Origin: Guillardia theta CCMP2712 | Taxonomy: Eukaryota; Protista; Cryptophyta | Assembly (NCBI RefSeq): GCF_000315625.1 | Contig: NW_005434478.1 | Span: forward strand, 1-64,000 | Reading direction: 5' to 3' | Length of the DNA stretch: 64,000 nt | Part shown: positions 1-13,000 of the stretch, one piece after another | How positions within the stretch are numbered: the first letter of the stretch is position 1 | Layout: each line of letters begins with the position of its first letter | The notes under the pieces: generated by a model | Databases searched by the model: none | What the model was told of the DNA's origin: nothing | What the model saw: the letters and a program-made list of their open reading frames with translations, nothing else | Translations under genes and position numbers: made by a program

Positions 1-444
1 CCATCGCTCTCAGCCTCCTGCTCAAGCGCATCAGTCGCTGCTGCCCTTGGAGAGAAGGCGCTGCCCCTCCTCGCTGCCTTGTTCCCTTGCACCCGTGTCC
101 AGCGCTGCTCGCCGAGGTAAGCTCTGAGCTTTTCTTTCAACATGTTTCGCTTCGATCCCAACGACGGCGTGGCTGCCCTCCTAACCCTAAACTCTCGCCT
201 AATGATCCGTCTCAAGGGGTTCCCAACCTTGGGAGGTTGGCCCATTGTCCTATAGGCCCCTTAGGCCTGGTTGCTTCCGTATTAGCTGTTTTCAGTAACG
301 ATGTCCTCCGGGCCCGTTCCAATTCCGATCCCGGTCCCCCTTCAGTGTTTTCGCCAAGTACCGTTGCCTTTCCTGCCTTCTTTCTAAACCCTAAACCCTG
401 AGATCCGGCTTTTCGGGTTTTTTTGAGGGTACTGCATTTCCCAT

Positions 445-3400
445 ATGAACAATGTTATCGGCAATGGAAGCGAGAACGAGTGCCTTAACGATCTAGTCTT
501 GCTTGCCTGTAGAAAAGGAGGGAATAAGACTGCCATACAATCAATCAGCCAAACCGGTATCATTAATGATTCCATCACATATGACGAACTTGCCCAACGC
601 TCCTCAAACATCGCAATCCAATTAAAGAAATTGTTCTCTCTTGTGCCAGAAGATGTGGTGGCAGTACAAGTCGATGATGACTTCAATCAAGATGATGCAT
701 ATCGAAGACGAAGGACGATTGATGTGTTGACAGCAAACTTAGGCATCTTCATGTCAGGCGGGTGTTCAATCTTTCTTCACGGACCAAATGTCGTCGAAGA
801 GATGAAGACGTTTGGTGCGAGGGTGTTGATCTTGCTGAGTGATTGCATCCCTGATGAAACATTGAAAACATCTGCCTTAGATGTGCGTGTGGTCAAATTT
901 GAGGAACTGATTGGAGTAGGTGGAGGGCCAAAAGATGTAGACACCCTTGGGAAGACAGGTCACCAGACAGCCGGATTCCATGCAGCTTGGTACAGCTTTG
1001 AATCGGACCCACATTCAAGTTCTGCTCGTAGAATTTGTGAACACAGGAATATTTCAGACTATGTTATACATCGTTGGGACAACCTTGTCGCAAAAGGCAT
1101 CTTTGCGAACGATTTGAAGGAGCAACAGCGTACCCCTAACGTCCTGATGATACCAACAAGGCTGGATGAGGTACAATTGACGTGGCAACTTTTGCTTCTG
1201 ATTCCACCCCAGGAGTTTTTTATGGCAGATATACTTGCTGTACTGCTTGCGGGAGGAACTTTGCAAATTCTGAAATTTTCTGATGTATTTAACGATGCAA
1301 TGCACAGGAATTCGTACGCAAATTTGATTCTTTTTCTTGTTCAGGTGATCGATCCGACCTGTGTTAGTAAAATCCAACCAACGTATTTGACCTATCAAAC
1401 TTTCCTTGATGGCCTACAGTAATTATGAACGCAGCATTATTTGTTGTCCTTTAAAGGTACGCCAACAAGTTTTCGAAGCGCTTTCAGCACAGGAGGGAAA
1501 ACCTAAAATGATTTCTTTCTATGACCAGCAAAATGAAGACGATGACACGCATTTTGACAGTCTGCTCAAACACATGCAAAGATTTCAACTTGATGCCGTA
1601 CAAGTTTGGTCTGGACAACTGAATTCGTGTCCTTCACAGACAACACTCATAAAAGGTAAATTTTGACAAGAAGCACGCAAAGAACTAGATATCGATTCAT
1701 TCCTTTCCAGATCACAATGATGCCAATCTTACAAAAAGTCATCAGAAGAACATCACTCTTGATTGGTCACAGACACAGATTCCTGCTTCTACTTCTAGGA
1801 TTGAAACGATTCTCGGAACTTGTACAGATGTAATTGGTGAAAGCGGGAAGTGCATATTATTGGTCTTTGCAGAAGGGAATACAAAGCTGGAATCTAAATC
1901 AGCATGTGCCGTTCTTCGTGTTCAGATGATAAGGAGCAATCCACGTTTTGGTCGCTCCATGTCTTCCAAAATTTCAATCACTCCCCATTCTGGTAAGCGA
2001 GTGACTGAACGAATCAAACTTGATTGTTCAAAAAATTCTACATTTGTCGACATACCATTTAACGCCTTTGATGAGATTTTGATCTCATCCAAACCTTTCA
2101 TAGAGGTTATTATTCAAGGGGCAGAGGTTCTCGATAACATTGCATTTGTTTCGATAGCTTTCTGCTCATACTTTTCCAGGGAGACGGATTTGATGTTCGT
2201 TTCAGTTTTGTTCTAAGGAAATCATATTCGATCTTTGCACAAATCGAACCCACGCACCAAAGCTATTCTTTGGTGAACCTGTACTCTTAGGTTGACAACG
2301 GAATGACTGATGATTTTTGTAGAGCAACGAGGAGCACTTGAACGTGCATTTCACTCCTCACAGTCAGCAGCTAATTTTTCTGAATTTCGCTTTGAATAAG
2401 AAAGGCAGAAAGCAGCAGTCTGGCATCAACTTAATGTCTGAATGCTTAGACTGGCATTCCTTGGCCAAACAGTATGCGGACCCATGCATACAAATCACAA
2501 ATGCTTCTGAACAGATACAAGTAAGCACAAGCTTTCAAGCTGACAGTTTTGGGTGTTTGTGTGTAAGCTGGCATTCGTTATACCCAAGCCAGATGTGTTC
2601 AGATCTGATCTTCAATAGACCGATGGAGGAGATTTTGGTGCTTACATCCAGAGACTGCTTCAATCCTGAATCCTGATGCAGGAACATGGATGGACGGTAT
2701 GTATTAATTGTCGGGCCTGGAGCAAAATCAAGAGCTTTTTACCTTTGGTACACAAATTGAGCACACAAGCTCTCAGCGCATCTACTGAAAATGGCAACCG
2801 AGTATGCAGCTTTACTCTTTCACTTCCAGAGTCCAGCGCTGTTGATGTAACCGTACAAGTTGCTGGTGAACTAGATATCTTGCCATCAACATTGCTTAAC
2901 CATATCAAACTTTTCAAAACTCTTTTTGATCCCATTGATGCGTAAGTGCTCTCTTTTTGAACTTTAATCCCACTCACGGGCGATTGATACAGATTTGAGC
3001 TTTCTCGAAACTCAACGACTTTTGACGTGGAAGATGAGGATCACTTGACCTACGGCGAAATAGAGGTTTTGCCGTTCTTGGCTCTTATGAGCAGCGTTCG
3101 AGACTTGTTTCCTCCGAATCCCATTTTCTGTGACTTGGGCTGTGGTAATTTGTTGAGGACAAGAGTCTTGAGGGATTGACTGGCTGAAGGATCTGGACGA
3201 GCTGTTATCGCCATGGCGCTTGCAGAGAATCATTTCAAGTTCAATTTCAGACGTTTTATTGGCATCGAATTGCTCCCTACCCTTTGTAAAGCAGCTCATG
3301 CTGTTCATCAGAAAATGATATCTTCTTGCGGCAAAGTGGTGGGTGATAGGAAATGTTCACCAGTTGAATATTATCAGAGCGACTTTCTTGAAAACGACAA

Positions 3401-3620
3401 CTGGACTTGCGCGAATGTTATCTACATTGCATCGCTTTGTTTTGATGCAAACCTGATGTCTAAGTTGTACCAGAAGGCTACTGCTCTGCAAGCAGGTTGA
3501 TATCATGATAGATATTCATATCTGACCTTACGGTAGATTCTGTCGTTCTTACATTGGAGAGATTTCCAGCAGAAGCAACAAAGCACTTCACAATGCTTCG
3601 GTTTGTCGTTCTAAAACGAT
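445..3620 (+). CDS. Multi-exon gene (possibly two genes): degenerate AMP-binding/adenylation-like N-terminus and C-terminal DOT1-like class I SAM methyltransferase
   Basis: N-terminal SITYDELAQRSSNIAIQL..VVAV resembles the A1 motif of adenylate-forming enzymes. The 3' exons read HLTYGEIE, FCDLGCG|SGRAV, FIGIELL, QSDFL, VIYIASLCF, the motif order of DOT1-like methyltransferases. Short GT-AG introns throughout. Confidence 0.55.
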
Positions 3621-3999
3621 GAAAAACGCGTCTTACGTGTAGCTTGCGACAGATGTGAGGAGATGGTGATGAGTTGGGGTGTCTGCGAGGTCTTCGTTTA
3701 CATTCGCAACAGTGTATGAGACTGGACGTGAACGATTGTTGTAAGTGATGAGGCTGGAAACTTGTAAAAGGACAATCGTGGAATTCTCAGTAATCTGCAC
3801 TTGTCGGACACAATCTGTTGCTGAATTGAGCTTACACCCATACTGCACTTTGTTGATTTTCAACTTTTCATTCCAAAAGGATACCGAGGTAAGTTTTGAA
3901 TATGCAAACTTAAGAGTTCGAAAAGAGTAGGAGCGTCTCATGTGAGAACCTACGTGGTCAAAATCATATGAAAAACCTCTACGAGAAAGCAAAGTTAAA

Positions 4000-5093
4000 C
4001 TACAAATCCTCCAATTGCTTGCGTTTCCATGCTCTAGAATAAACTCCGTTGATCGCTCCCGGGCTGTCTCGCGTCATATCCGTCATACTAATAGTCATCC
4101 CAGTCATCTTCCCGAACTCCTTGCTCAACTTGCTGTTGAATGCCTCAACAGCCCACCTAGAAAAGCGTCAGGCTGAAATGAAAACCTGCACAAGTTGTAC
4201 TCGCGAGACTCCAATCAAACTATCATCACTCACTTTGTGTAATCCAAATCTTCGCTGTCCCCAACACAAGCTTCTTTGAGCAAGATCGCTTTGCAGCCAG
4301 CTTCTTTGATCTTTTGTACGTACTCCCTTTCATTAGCATTCTTCTGCATCGCTTGTACTTGTGCTATGATTGGTAGTTTGTCACCACCCAGGGCTTGTAC
4401 AATGGAAACAGTATCCTCAATCTCCTCAGCAGCAACAAGAAACACATCTGGTTTACACTTCAAGGCCTCATCGACCTGACCATTCTTCTTGATGCTGACT
4501 ACTGTTTCAAGCCCTAGCTGAGCAGCTGAGCTCACAATCTCCTGGGCCTTCTCCAATCCAACGTCACTGAGCGAGATTGTAACTGCTGAGGCACCCACGG
4601 ACACAGCAGCTTCGAGCTCCGAGGTGTCAGCAACCTTGCTGTTGTACACAACGGGGCAAGGACCTGGAAAACTGCCTTTGGCCTGCTTCTGCTCTTCGGC
4701 GAGAAGTTTGACACGCATGAGAGCTGCGGGTTTGTCTTTAGTAACCCATATCGATGCCGTCTTTGCGTTTCTTAGCTGCATGGACAGGCTCGACAATCTA
4801 ACCTCACTGAGTTCACCATTGGTTGGAAGGAACTCCACACTTACTGTTGTCGCGCCTGTCGACTTCTTCAAGCACTTTGCCAAGGGTCCTGGTTTCTTGG
4901 CAGATGCTGCCGACTGCATAGAAAGAGAAATAGAAGACGACCACCTGACAGATTGTACCGCATGTTTCGATAGGTAACTAATTCTTGAAACTGCAAGTGA
5001 TGAAGTTGAGAAGCACTCGAAGATTGCTAAGCAGCAAAGTAGTGACGCAGAGAAAAGGTAGGACAAAGCGAAGCGCTTCATAGATCTCGGCAT
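4000..5093 (-). CDS. Indole-3-glycerol-phosphate-synthase-like TIM-barrel protein with N-terminal signal/transit peptide
   Basis: ORF 4230-5093 has a hydrophobic signal and Ser-rich transit, then AVSVGASAVTI, AAQLGLETVVSI and GCKAILL, resembling the TrpC-like barrel pattern. A last exon (~4158-4000) reads WAVEAFNSK...LEDL*. Confidence 0.6.
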
Positions 5094-5380
5094 CTGGGCG
5101 AACGAACGTGTCAGCTTTCAGAATGTCCTGCAAAACTGACGAGTCTCCTCTTGCTGCCTAAACCCATCCTGAACTCTATCCGTCTTCTACTCCGTCTATG
5201 GTATTATCATGCTTGTTTTCTCCCCTGCTGGTATGTTGTTTTATCTTGTCTCCTTCACTTCTCCCTAGATTTCCGCTCTTGGCCTTGTTCGCATGTCAGT
5301 CCTCGTTTTTCTTTCTCGAACCTTCGAAGCCGACCCCGCCTCACCAGGCAAGAGCGGCCGCCTAAAAATAGATACGTAAG

Positions 5381-5410
5381 GTATGATCTTTAACTTAAAT
5401 TTGAGTAAAA
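5381..5410 (+). mobile_element. 3'-terminal stub of the retroelement family, head-to-tail with the next copy
   Basis: GTATGATCTTTAACTTAAATTTGAGTAAAA is nearly identical to the terminus at 5941-5971. Confidence 0.7.
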
Positions 5411-5971
5411 GTAAGGTAAATAGGCTCGGACTAGAAAAGATCCGAGGGCATCGTAATGCATATGCTCAGCACGTCCCGCCGCCAAAGGCCTTTCTTCCCA
5501 TCATCGCCAGCACTGATGGCCTCTTGCAGGACGATGCGTTGCGCTTTCTGTGGTGGCTGGCGGATCGCTCGGCGAACAAGGAAACGGCAGCGCTGGATGG
5601 TCTCTCGGCCTCGCAAGACGTCTCAGGTGATCCGACTTGCAAACGCATCCGGTCCAGGATCTTTCGTCAGCTCAAGGCCTCCCTGTCCTACGCTGCCATC
5701 ATCGCGGGTGCATCCCGGTATGCGTCTCATGCCTTCGGCGGCGGCCACCGCGACATCGCTGGCATGGCGGCGCGGGGGGATTGTCCAGCGCGCAGTTAAG
5801 TGAAGGTATCAGTTCACCGTTAAGTTTGGGGGACAGCAGTCGGCAGGATTGGGGTTGGTTCTCGCTGTCTTTCTCTTCTCGCCGTTTGGCCTGTGCGACA
5901 GTGTCAGGGTCAAGCCTCCTCGACTCTCCTGATTGTCCTCGTACTGATCTTTAACTTAACTTTGAGTAAAA
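5411..5971 (+). mobile_element. 5'-truncated non-LTR retrotransposon (RLE/CRE-like C-terminus plus 3' UTR)
   Basis: ORF 5383-5799 contains EKIRGHRNAY..AFLPIIASTDGLLQDDALRFLWWLA, resembling the K..Y...F.P...(S/E)T.G pattern at the C-terminus of restriction-like-endonuclease LINEs. The 3' terminus ...GTACTGATCTTTAACTTAACTTTGAGTAAA recurs five more times in the window. Confidence 0.65.
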
Positions 5972-6302
5972 GATCAGAAAATCATGGCACAGGCCTTTTA
6001 CGTTACTCTCATGGCAGCCTGTGAAGCCGCCCGGTCTGTGACTCCAAGACCCGCTCGGAGCCCGACCGTAGCTGGCGCGGCACACACCGCCGGAGACAGG
6101 TCCGACTGCCGCCGGACCGCGCGGGATAAATTTCAATGTTATCATAGTTTTGAGCTTTTTCATTAGACATCATGAGTACTAGGCTAGATCAAGGCTGGTC
6201 GAAATCCGATGGGATCGATTGATCATATCATGCCAGATGCTAGCCACGACGAGCCAATCACGGTAACGAAAACCCAAAAAAATAAATGAGTCCAAGTCAT
6301 CA

Positions 6303-8690
6303 TCATTCTTTTCTCTTCTCCTTTTTCGCCTTTTTCTCTTTCTTTGCCTGTTTTGCAACCTCATCAGACACACGAGCGCAAGAGTGAACCCCCTCTACCT
6401 TTTTGTCTTTCTTATCCTTCTTTCTGTCCAATTCCATGAAGTCTGCTCCTCCTTCGCTTCCTCCAGATGAGGGAGTGATAGGCGCCGATTCCTTCTTTCT
6501 ACCTCGAAAATCATCGGCATCACTGTCGTCTCCCGACCATTCTGCCACCATGGTTTTCTTTGCAACGGCAATCAGATACCAAGTCAAACACAGGACTCTC
6601 CTGATTCACCTGAGATTTTTTGGCGCTCTTGCTTCTTTTAGAGACCTCGGCATCTTCTTCATCAGAGTAAAATCCAGAGAGATCATCGACAATGCCAAGC
6701 TCATTCACTTCAGGCTCTTTCTGTTGAATCGGTTTTTTCTTCTTGTCATGTTTCGTCCCAGAATTGTGGCTATCTTTGTGCTACAGAAGGAAATTTCAGA
6801 ATAAACAACGATACTGGATAATGGCAAACCTTTCGAGGAGCTTCTTCCTCTTTTTGCTTGGTGTCGGGCGGAGGCATGGATAGACGCTGCTCATCCTCTA
6901 GTGTCTGATTGATACTTGATTTTGTCTCTTCAACCCATGAGGAAGGGACTGAAAACTTGAGTCCGGCCGTCGGTTTCGGCTGAGATGCAAGGCTGTCGTG
7001 AGGGATCGTCTTTTCACTCTGACTAATTGCTTCAACGCCAGCAGGTCCTCCTTCGTCTTCAGGTCGCGAGTGGTCAACGCTTGAAGATGCCGCAAATGAC
7101 AGAGCGAGAAACTCAGTGTAATCCTTTTTGCAGGTATCAATACAAAGTTTTCGAAAGCACAAGAAAATTAAATGCCTTTTGTCAATTTTGTACCTGGTTG
7201 TGAGAAGCTTTGTGGCGCAGTTTGATTGCTCCATCTACTTCCTTCATAGTCTTTTTTACTTCTTGCCGGTATTCTTCAATCTAAAGAATGTTGGTTCTTG
7301 ACATTCATACAGCACGTACCTTAATGTGATATAAACATATTTGCAAGAATGCTTCAACAGCTGAGCGTGGATGGTCAGCTTGGTAATATGTGAGAAAAAA
7401 CATTGTTACCAGGCATTCCGAACATGTTCGATAGACAGCATTCACAGAAATGCACATTTTCTCCGCAACCAGCCACAAACTAGGAAGTTCAGATATTCAA
7501 AAATGTAACCAAGCAGCACCTGTTGCATTATCTGTCGAGGTGTCATCCAGGTACTGACCAAGTCACGAAAGTTTGCGACGAGCAAGACCTCCATCCCTTG
7601 AATCGCAACTTGAGGAGGCAGGAAATCTCAGAATGGAAAGCACCTTCGGGAATCTCTTCGATGATATCCTTCGCATGTGAAAAAGTCCATTCCTGCATGA
7701 AGATTTCAGCCATCTTCCGCGTCAGTACACGATTCCTTGCCTTGGTAGGATTCACCATAACGATAACCCCATCGGCATCTCCATAAAGCTCCGATAAAGC
7801 TGCATGCAAGTAAGACACTTATCTCATCTCCATCACTTTTCACCTGTGTTGCTCGCTTTGGTTGTTTTCTTCGAAGAAAATCGCTTTTTTTCTTCATGAG
7901 ATATTTTGAGACTGTTATTCTGGGCACTTGAGGTCATTTGAGAAATGCAACAACATTTTTGAAAACCTGATCATCGTCGGTTTTCCTCGTGTCTGCTTCA
8001 GGTACGACAACCATTGTAAGTTGTACATCCTGTACGCTAGTTCAGATCCAAGGTTTCACGTTTTGGGATTCCCAAAAACCTGCCCTGCATCTGCCGCCCA
8101 TTGCACCTTCACCACTTCAGGTGCGTCTTGCAAGGATCATAAGCCTTGTGTGATAAATTAAGGAATTCTCTACCCGATTTTGAAGGAGCATATTTCGAGT
8201 CGAAGAGGCCTCCACTTAATAGTTTAGAGAGCATAGTCTTGCCGGTTTCCTTTTCCCACTCTCATCATTTTGAAATGATTAGGAAAATCAGCTTGCAACC
8301 TTTTCGCCTCTGATTACTAACTTCAGTTGATGCAAAGATGTTCTTCCAAATCGCTGAAATTAAGAAGTAAATAACCGGAAGTCAGAGTTATCATAATCCA
8401 CCTGATTCATCTGCTTGTCCATCATCTTGATGTTTCTCCTACAAAGCAGTTAGAACGTTTTGATCGAACAATGAATAGGAGGCTACTTTCGCTGCTCATC
8501 GGTGAGGGATGAAGCCTGCACATTGCCCATTATGATGTTCGACCTGAAACCAGATCAGCACGGTAAAACAAGGCAATTTGTCAGATTAGATCCCCTTTCA
8601 TGCAGAGTTCCTCAATCTTTCCCAGCCACTAAACTGTCCCTTGAGCTATCTGACTTCTTCATCTAGAACTCTCTTGGTTCTTCCAGCCCC
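6303..8690 (-). CDS. Multi-exon hypothetical protein with acidic/Lys-rich C-terminus
   Basis: Chain of minus-strand ORFs (7543-7818, 6770-7234, 6520-6708, 6303-6587) separated by short introns, ending KKEKKAKKEKRKE*. No family recognised. Confidence 0.5.
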
Positions 8691-8849
8691 TCGCACCAGC
8701 TTTGTTCCTTCAGCTCCCTACTGCGATAAAAGCTATCCGATCACCAGTTGTGATGACAGTGCTTCATGCTCACAAGGCTGTATTCAGTGGCCCTGCCGGG
8801 CGCCCGGGGCCGGCGGGCGGCCGCACTGCATGTGACACGGTCGTGCCAG

Positions 8850-8941
8850 TTTACTCAAAGTTAAGTCACGTTAAAAATCAGTACGAGGACAATCAGGTCG
8901 GAGAGTGGAGGAGACTTGACCCTGACACTGTCGCACAGGCC
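8850..8941 (-). mobile_element. Retroelement 3'-end fragment
   Basis: The reverse complement aligns to 5888-5970 with two short insertions (CGAC, GTGAC). Confidence 0.8.
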
Positions 8942-10091
8942 AGTTGTACCGTGGCAGCCAGCAACTCGGCCCCCGGATGCCGCCCGGCGGGCCCGCTGGG
9001 CCGCCGCCGGGGCCCGGGGCGGCGCCGGGCCCGGCCCGGGCCCGGCCGGGCCGCGCACTGAGCCAGAGGCTGGCAGGGCCGCTCAGCCGCCGCGTGTCAG
9101 TGCCCCGCGCGGACTCTCATTGGGTTATCTTGGTTCGGATATGACAAGTTGTGCCACAACCACCGCCGGCGCATCATCAGTGATGATGCAGTGCCGCGCC
9201 CCGCCGCCGGGGCCGGGGCCCTGCGGCCACTGCCGGCTGACACCGGGCTGCCGAGAGTCAGGGCCTGGCAATCACTGATCCGGGATCATCCGAGCCGGGC
9301 GGCATTGTAGTACGTCTTGCCAAAGTCACCCGGGTCGGCCCGGACTCAGTCCGATCCTACTAGTTTCTGTCACGGCCAGGACTCCGGGAGTATCCAGGCT
9401 ACTATGATTAGTCTCTCAAATCATCGGATGCCGGACGGTCCGACCGTCGGCTGTCCTCAATTCTTTAACGGTTTCGCCGGTCTACTGTCTTGTTGCGGCA
9501 GCTGAGGTCAATCATCATGATACTGATAAATGATCACGGGCCCGGCCCGGCCCCGCCGCGCGGTCCGACTTGAGTGGCAGTCACGCCCGGCGGCAGTGTA
9601 ATTAAATACTTGAAAGGTACCGCAATTAAAACAGTAATATGACATATACATACTTTTTAGCATCTATGTGTTTTACTCATTATTCCATTCCTGATAAGTT
9701 TCACTTACCACCTTCGCCACCAGGTACAATCGATTGGTCACTAGAGCCAAATCCCAGTACACATTATGTCTTCTCTAAAAGTCGATTTCGGCGGGGTTCT
9801 AGTCAACCACCCCACCCCAATTAGACCTTGGTGAAAGGCTTGGACTAGACTTCGAGTACCCCTCGTGATCATCACCCACCCTGTAACATAGTTGTTTCCA
9901 AAATCAGATATGACAGTTATTTCCCCTAATTTCAAAGTAACCGTTTTTACCGAAGGGGCGCTGGTATGTTCGGAGGGGAGGAATAGCAACTGGGAGGGTT
10001 AGCAGGGGGAAAGTCCAGCGAGTGATCAGGAATATCTGCTGGACGATTCAGTTTGTTCATTCAACTCCGCGGTTGTCCTTTGGTTCCAGTG

Positions 10092-13000
10092 ATGACGAAA
10101 ATATCTTGGCTGTATTTCCCCGTTCTATCAAGGTCGAACAAATGGCTCTTGGCGACTTCAGCTCTTGCTTGTATTTGCTTACTGGGAATCATCTCGTTTC
10201 ACTCGCAAAAGCAACCAACTGATCTGTTTCAAAGATCCAGCCCTCCATCAGTGAATGCCCGAGATAGTCTGGTCACAGAGAAGCTCAGGTACTCTGACGA
10301 GCTTGAGCTGAAGGATTCGTTCATCCCCCCTAAAAACGTCTATATTTTCTGGGGGAAAAGTTCGTTTAAAGGATATGGTGCTCTTGGACGTGCTTCTTCT
10401 GCAGACAATGTTCGGAAGGTGCTGGGTGTCGGGCATTTCACAGGAAATCACTACGATGCTGCATCCCATGGACATGGCAAGTTCATTTACTCTTGGGACG
10501 GTGCGGAGATGAGAAAGCTGTCGAGGACCTGTTGTTCAACTCTCATCATTCCACCCATGGAAAATGACCTGCCCCTCTTCGTTCAGGACTCTATCGCTGC
10601 GCGATGCATAAAAGAATTCGTCGCGAACGGGAATCGTTTGGTATTAACTGGAGGATCATTCTCATCGCTAGTCTTCTTGAATCGCTATTTTCATGTGGAC
10701 GTAGAGAAAGAAGTATATGACCCAGGTCCTTTTGATCGCAGAGGTTATCTTTGTTTGTTTTCCTCCTCAGATCATACTTACACTCATGTTCCAGGCGATG
10801 TTGGAGATAGTCAAACCAGTGCCCTGTTGAGGGGATTGCCATCTTATCTTCCGCAGGATGGAATGAGTGTTACGTCAGTCCGACTACATTCTTTGCCACC
10901 AGACACTGTTGTGCTCTACTCTACATTTCAATCGACTCCTTTGTTTGAGATGAAGTATTGCATGAAACCATTGGGATATCCATTGCACCCTCCACAGGTA
11001 AATCCTTGGCAATAAAACTGAGAAGTCTGATAATGATTCTAACCAGCGAGGTCTTCTTGGCTATTGGTGCTCACAGCATCGCGGAATAATGTGCATCGAA
11101 CAAGCAACGTATGAGGAATGTCAACAAATGGCTGATTCCAACGTGCCATGTTCCTGTGGGGTAAGCATCGAATTTTTCAGAATTCACGCGCATGAGATGA
11201 ATGTGGCAGACTATACTCTATGATGGATATGATTTTGTTGGAAATCATAAGACCTGGTCATCTCCAAGTATTTGGGATGATACCTTGCGGATGGCTGCAT
11301 TACTACCTCATCTTGGGGTTGATGGGCACCCTGTTTTCCCACGACCCCCTCCACCTCCACCTCCACCTCCACCTCCATCAGTCTGGACGCTTCGAATTTT
11401 TTCTTCTCATTACGATCTTGTCAATGTTCCAGACATGTATGATTTGGAATACGTGGGAGATGCCGTGCTGGAAGGGTACATCGATTTTAACTCCAGAACT
11501 GGAGTTTCAGAGCTAGTTCCGTCGTTGGATACCTACCACGGACAGGTTTTCTGGTTTTAAGTGATTTTTTCAAGAAATTAACATTTTCTCGTATTGACAG
11601 GGCTCATATCCGCAAGGCAGTTTTGCTGGTGTGATCTACGGAGTGGTTTATATTGAAATTGCTGGTTCATATACGTTCTGTTCGCTGTCGATGGATGGCT
11701 CGCGAATATTCATTGATCGAGAAGTAGTGCTCAACAATGATGGTAGACACAGCTCGGTAAGGCGACTTTTGAAACTATTCAGGTTCTGACTGTGGATATA
11801 GCCCCATGAAGAATGCGCGATTGTGGAGCTTGCTGAGGGCTACATAGATTTGACAGTGGACTTTTTCTCGTATCATCAAGCATTCCGCCTACAAATCAGC
11901 TACAGCGGACCAGATACAGATGAAGAAACTCAACTCCTCAACAGCTGGAGGAGCTCCGAGTTTCCTCCACCACCTCCCCGCTCGCAATGGGTAGTGAGAA
12001 CCTTCTCCTCAGATCATACCCTCTACTCCACTGAACGATTGGCTGGATTGCATCCTTCTGGCTCTGCGTCTTTGATATGGCCGGCTGTGAGCTCCTTGTC
12101 GGAATTACAAGAAGCTATTCCATCTACCCCTGGATCCAATTTCGTTTATCAATTGTTTGGCGTGTTTCAAGCAAAGGAATCTGGAGACCATGCCTTGTGC
12201 ACTGAAGGTGCGAGCGGCTCCCGATTGTTTATCGATGGCGAATTACTTGTTTGGCACGATGAGCTGTCTGGAGGGGAGAGCTGTATCTCATTAGTCTTGG
12301 AAGAAGGCTTCTATAATTTGAAAGTTGATGGGTTTGTGCAACACAGTCAGAGCAGAATTTTTGTGAGTTATGTAGGTCCAAACACACGTCAAAATCGACA
12401 GTTGATTTTTGGCTCAAGGGCACCAACGATTCCTGCGATTCCAAGACAGTCATCCTTCGGAATTCGACTCTATTCTTCCTACTTTGATCTGAACAGGATT
12501 CCTGACTACGAAGGATACCTCAATTTTGTTGGTGAAAGTGCTTCCATGGTTTTACCACTTATAAACAGTATCCAGAATTTGAGATCGTACAGTTCATCGT
12601 CCCTGCCAGATCATGATGTTCTGTATCTAATCTATGGTGGTTTGAGAATCAATCGAGCTGGATTGTACACCTTCTGTTTGAGTTCGCAAGATGGAGCTGT
12701 TCTGAAAGTGAATGGTGCACAGGTTGTTGACAATGACGGAATCCATGTTAACCGGGAACGTTGTGCAGACATCACCCTAACAGAAGGGAGGCATGCCATT
12801 TTAGCTAAGGGGTTTGCTGGAACATCGGAAGTCTCATTACGATTGACCTACAGGGGGTTGGACACCGGAAATAGTCTTGTTCCACTCATCAGCGAGACCT
12901 CCGCCATGCCTGAGAGGGCTTGCAGACCTCCCAGTGCTTTGGAACCTTCTGCGGATGGAACTAGCTTGCGTTCAGGAACACGTGTTTGTGGTAGTCAACT

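Noticed and set aside
384-399. CTAAACCCTAAACCCT, telomere-like (TTTAGGG) motif
   Set aside because: Only about two units within a C-rich skewed tract; not enough to call an interstitial telomere.
8641-9505. Short Pro/Gly/Arg-rich ORFs in GC-rich tracts (also 41053-41375, 51678-52256, 59759-60086)
   Set aside because: Stop-codon depletion from extreme GC content; no coding signature.
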